Source: Saccostrea echinata
Lineage: Eukaryota
Reading direction: 5' to 3'
Length of the DNA: 64,000 bases
Assembly: GCF_033153115.1 (NCBI RefSeq)
Contig: NW_026889759.1
Location: forward strand, 13,516,001-13,580,000
Shown: piece after piece, positions 63,515 to 64,000 of the stretch
Layout: each line of letters starts with the position of its first letter
How positions within the stretch are numbered: position 1 is the stretch's first letter
Notes under the pieces: model-generated
The model's input: only the letters and a program-made list of their open reading frames with translations
Databases searched by the model: none
Told to the model about the DNA's origin: nothing
Translations under genes and position numbers: made by a program

Positions 63515-63656
63515 NNNNNNNNNNNNNNNNNNNNNNNNNNNNNNNNNNNNNNNNNNNNNNNNNNNNNNNNNNNNNNNNNNNNNNNNNNNNNNNNNNNNNN
63601 NNNNNNNNNNNNNNNNNNNNNNNNNNNNNNNNNNNNNNNNNNNNNNNNNNNNNNNN
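63515..63656. other. Assembly gap (N run)
   Basis: Run of Ns. Confidence 1.
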
Positions 63657-64000
63657 TTACATCACAGAATAAAAGTGAAAATAAAAAAGGAAATTTAATT
63701 TGAACAGTATCTGGAACTTCAATACATCGATAAACAGTAGGGGGGGAATGTAAATGTTTTAAAAAATAAAATAAAAAAACAAGCAAACAAACAGACTAAT
63801 TAGCAAACAATGAAACCAAGAATGAAATAAAACATTGTCTTGTCCAACTTTTTGTGGGTAATAAATCAGCAAAATGATACTGTATTCCAAAACTCCTTAT
63901 AAACAAAGATATATTGAAGGGTCAAGTAAATGTTCAACCAATCCTCTATCCTAATCCTCGGCGACATTTTAACTACTATGAATTGGGACCTTCAGGCGTA

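Overview
AT-rich, intron-rich animal genomic DNA. It is very probably an oyster (Ostreidae), judged from Cg170/HindIII-like ~166-bp satellite units, pearl/HINE-type elements, bivalve-type tRNA SINEs and Penelope-like RT relics. Five spliced protein-coding genes were rebuilt by hand with GT-AG sites and consistent phases: (1) the 5' part of an ALP/Enigma (PDLIM/Zasp)-type PDZ gene (minus, runs off the left edge); (2) an orphan charged protein with an internal duplication (minus, 9.7-10.6 kb); (3) a complete 17-exon, ~905-aa secreted modular serine protease, SP-CUB-LDLa-LDLa-CUB-CUB-CUB-LDLa-trypsin (minus, 12.7-26.3 kb); (4) a 2-exon, ~476-aa Ser/Pro/Lys-rich uncharacterised protein (minus, 30.4-35.4 kb); (5) a short PRD-class Q50 homeobox gene (plus, 49.6-53.2 kb). 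The rest is a nested transposon landscape. The most notable signal is three non-autonomous repeat families with no obvious mutual sequence similarity but one shared design: a short TTAT-starting terminal repeat, a CRE-like TGACGTCA/TTACGTCA motif, an inverted copy of the terminal repeat, and then a long terminal palindrome. The palindromes' recurrent TC/TC mismatches and apical loops read as tandem G.A pairs and GAA/GTTA loops on one strand only. The two insertions with definable ends have no target-site duplication. There are two assembly gaps (57593-57730, 63515-63656). All calls are by eye; no database searches were run.
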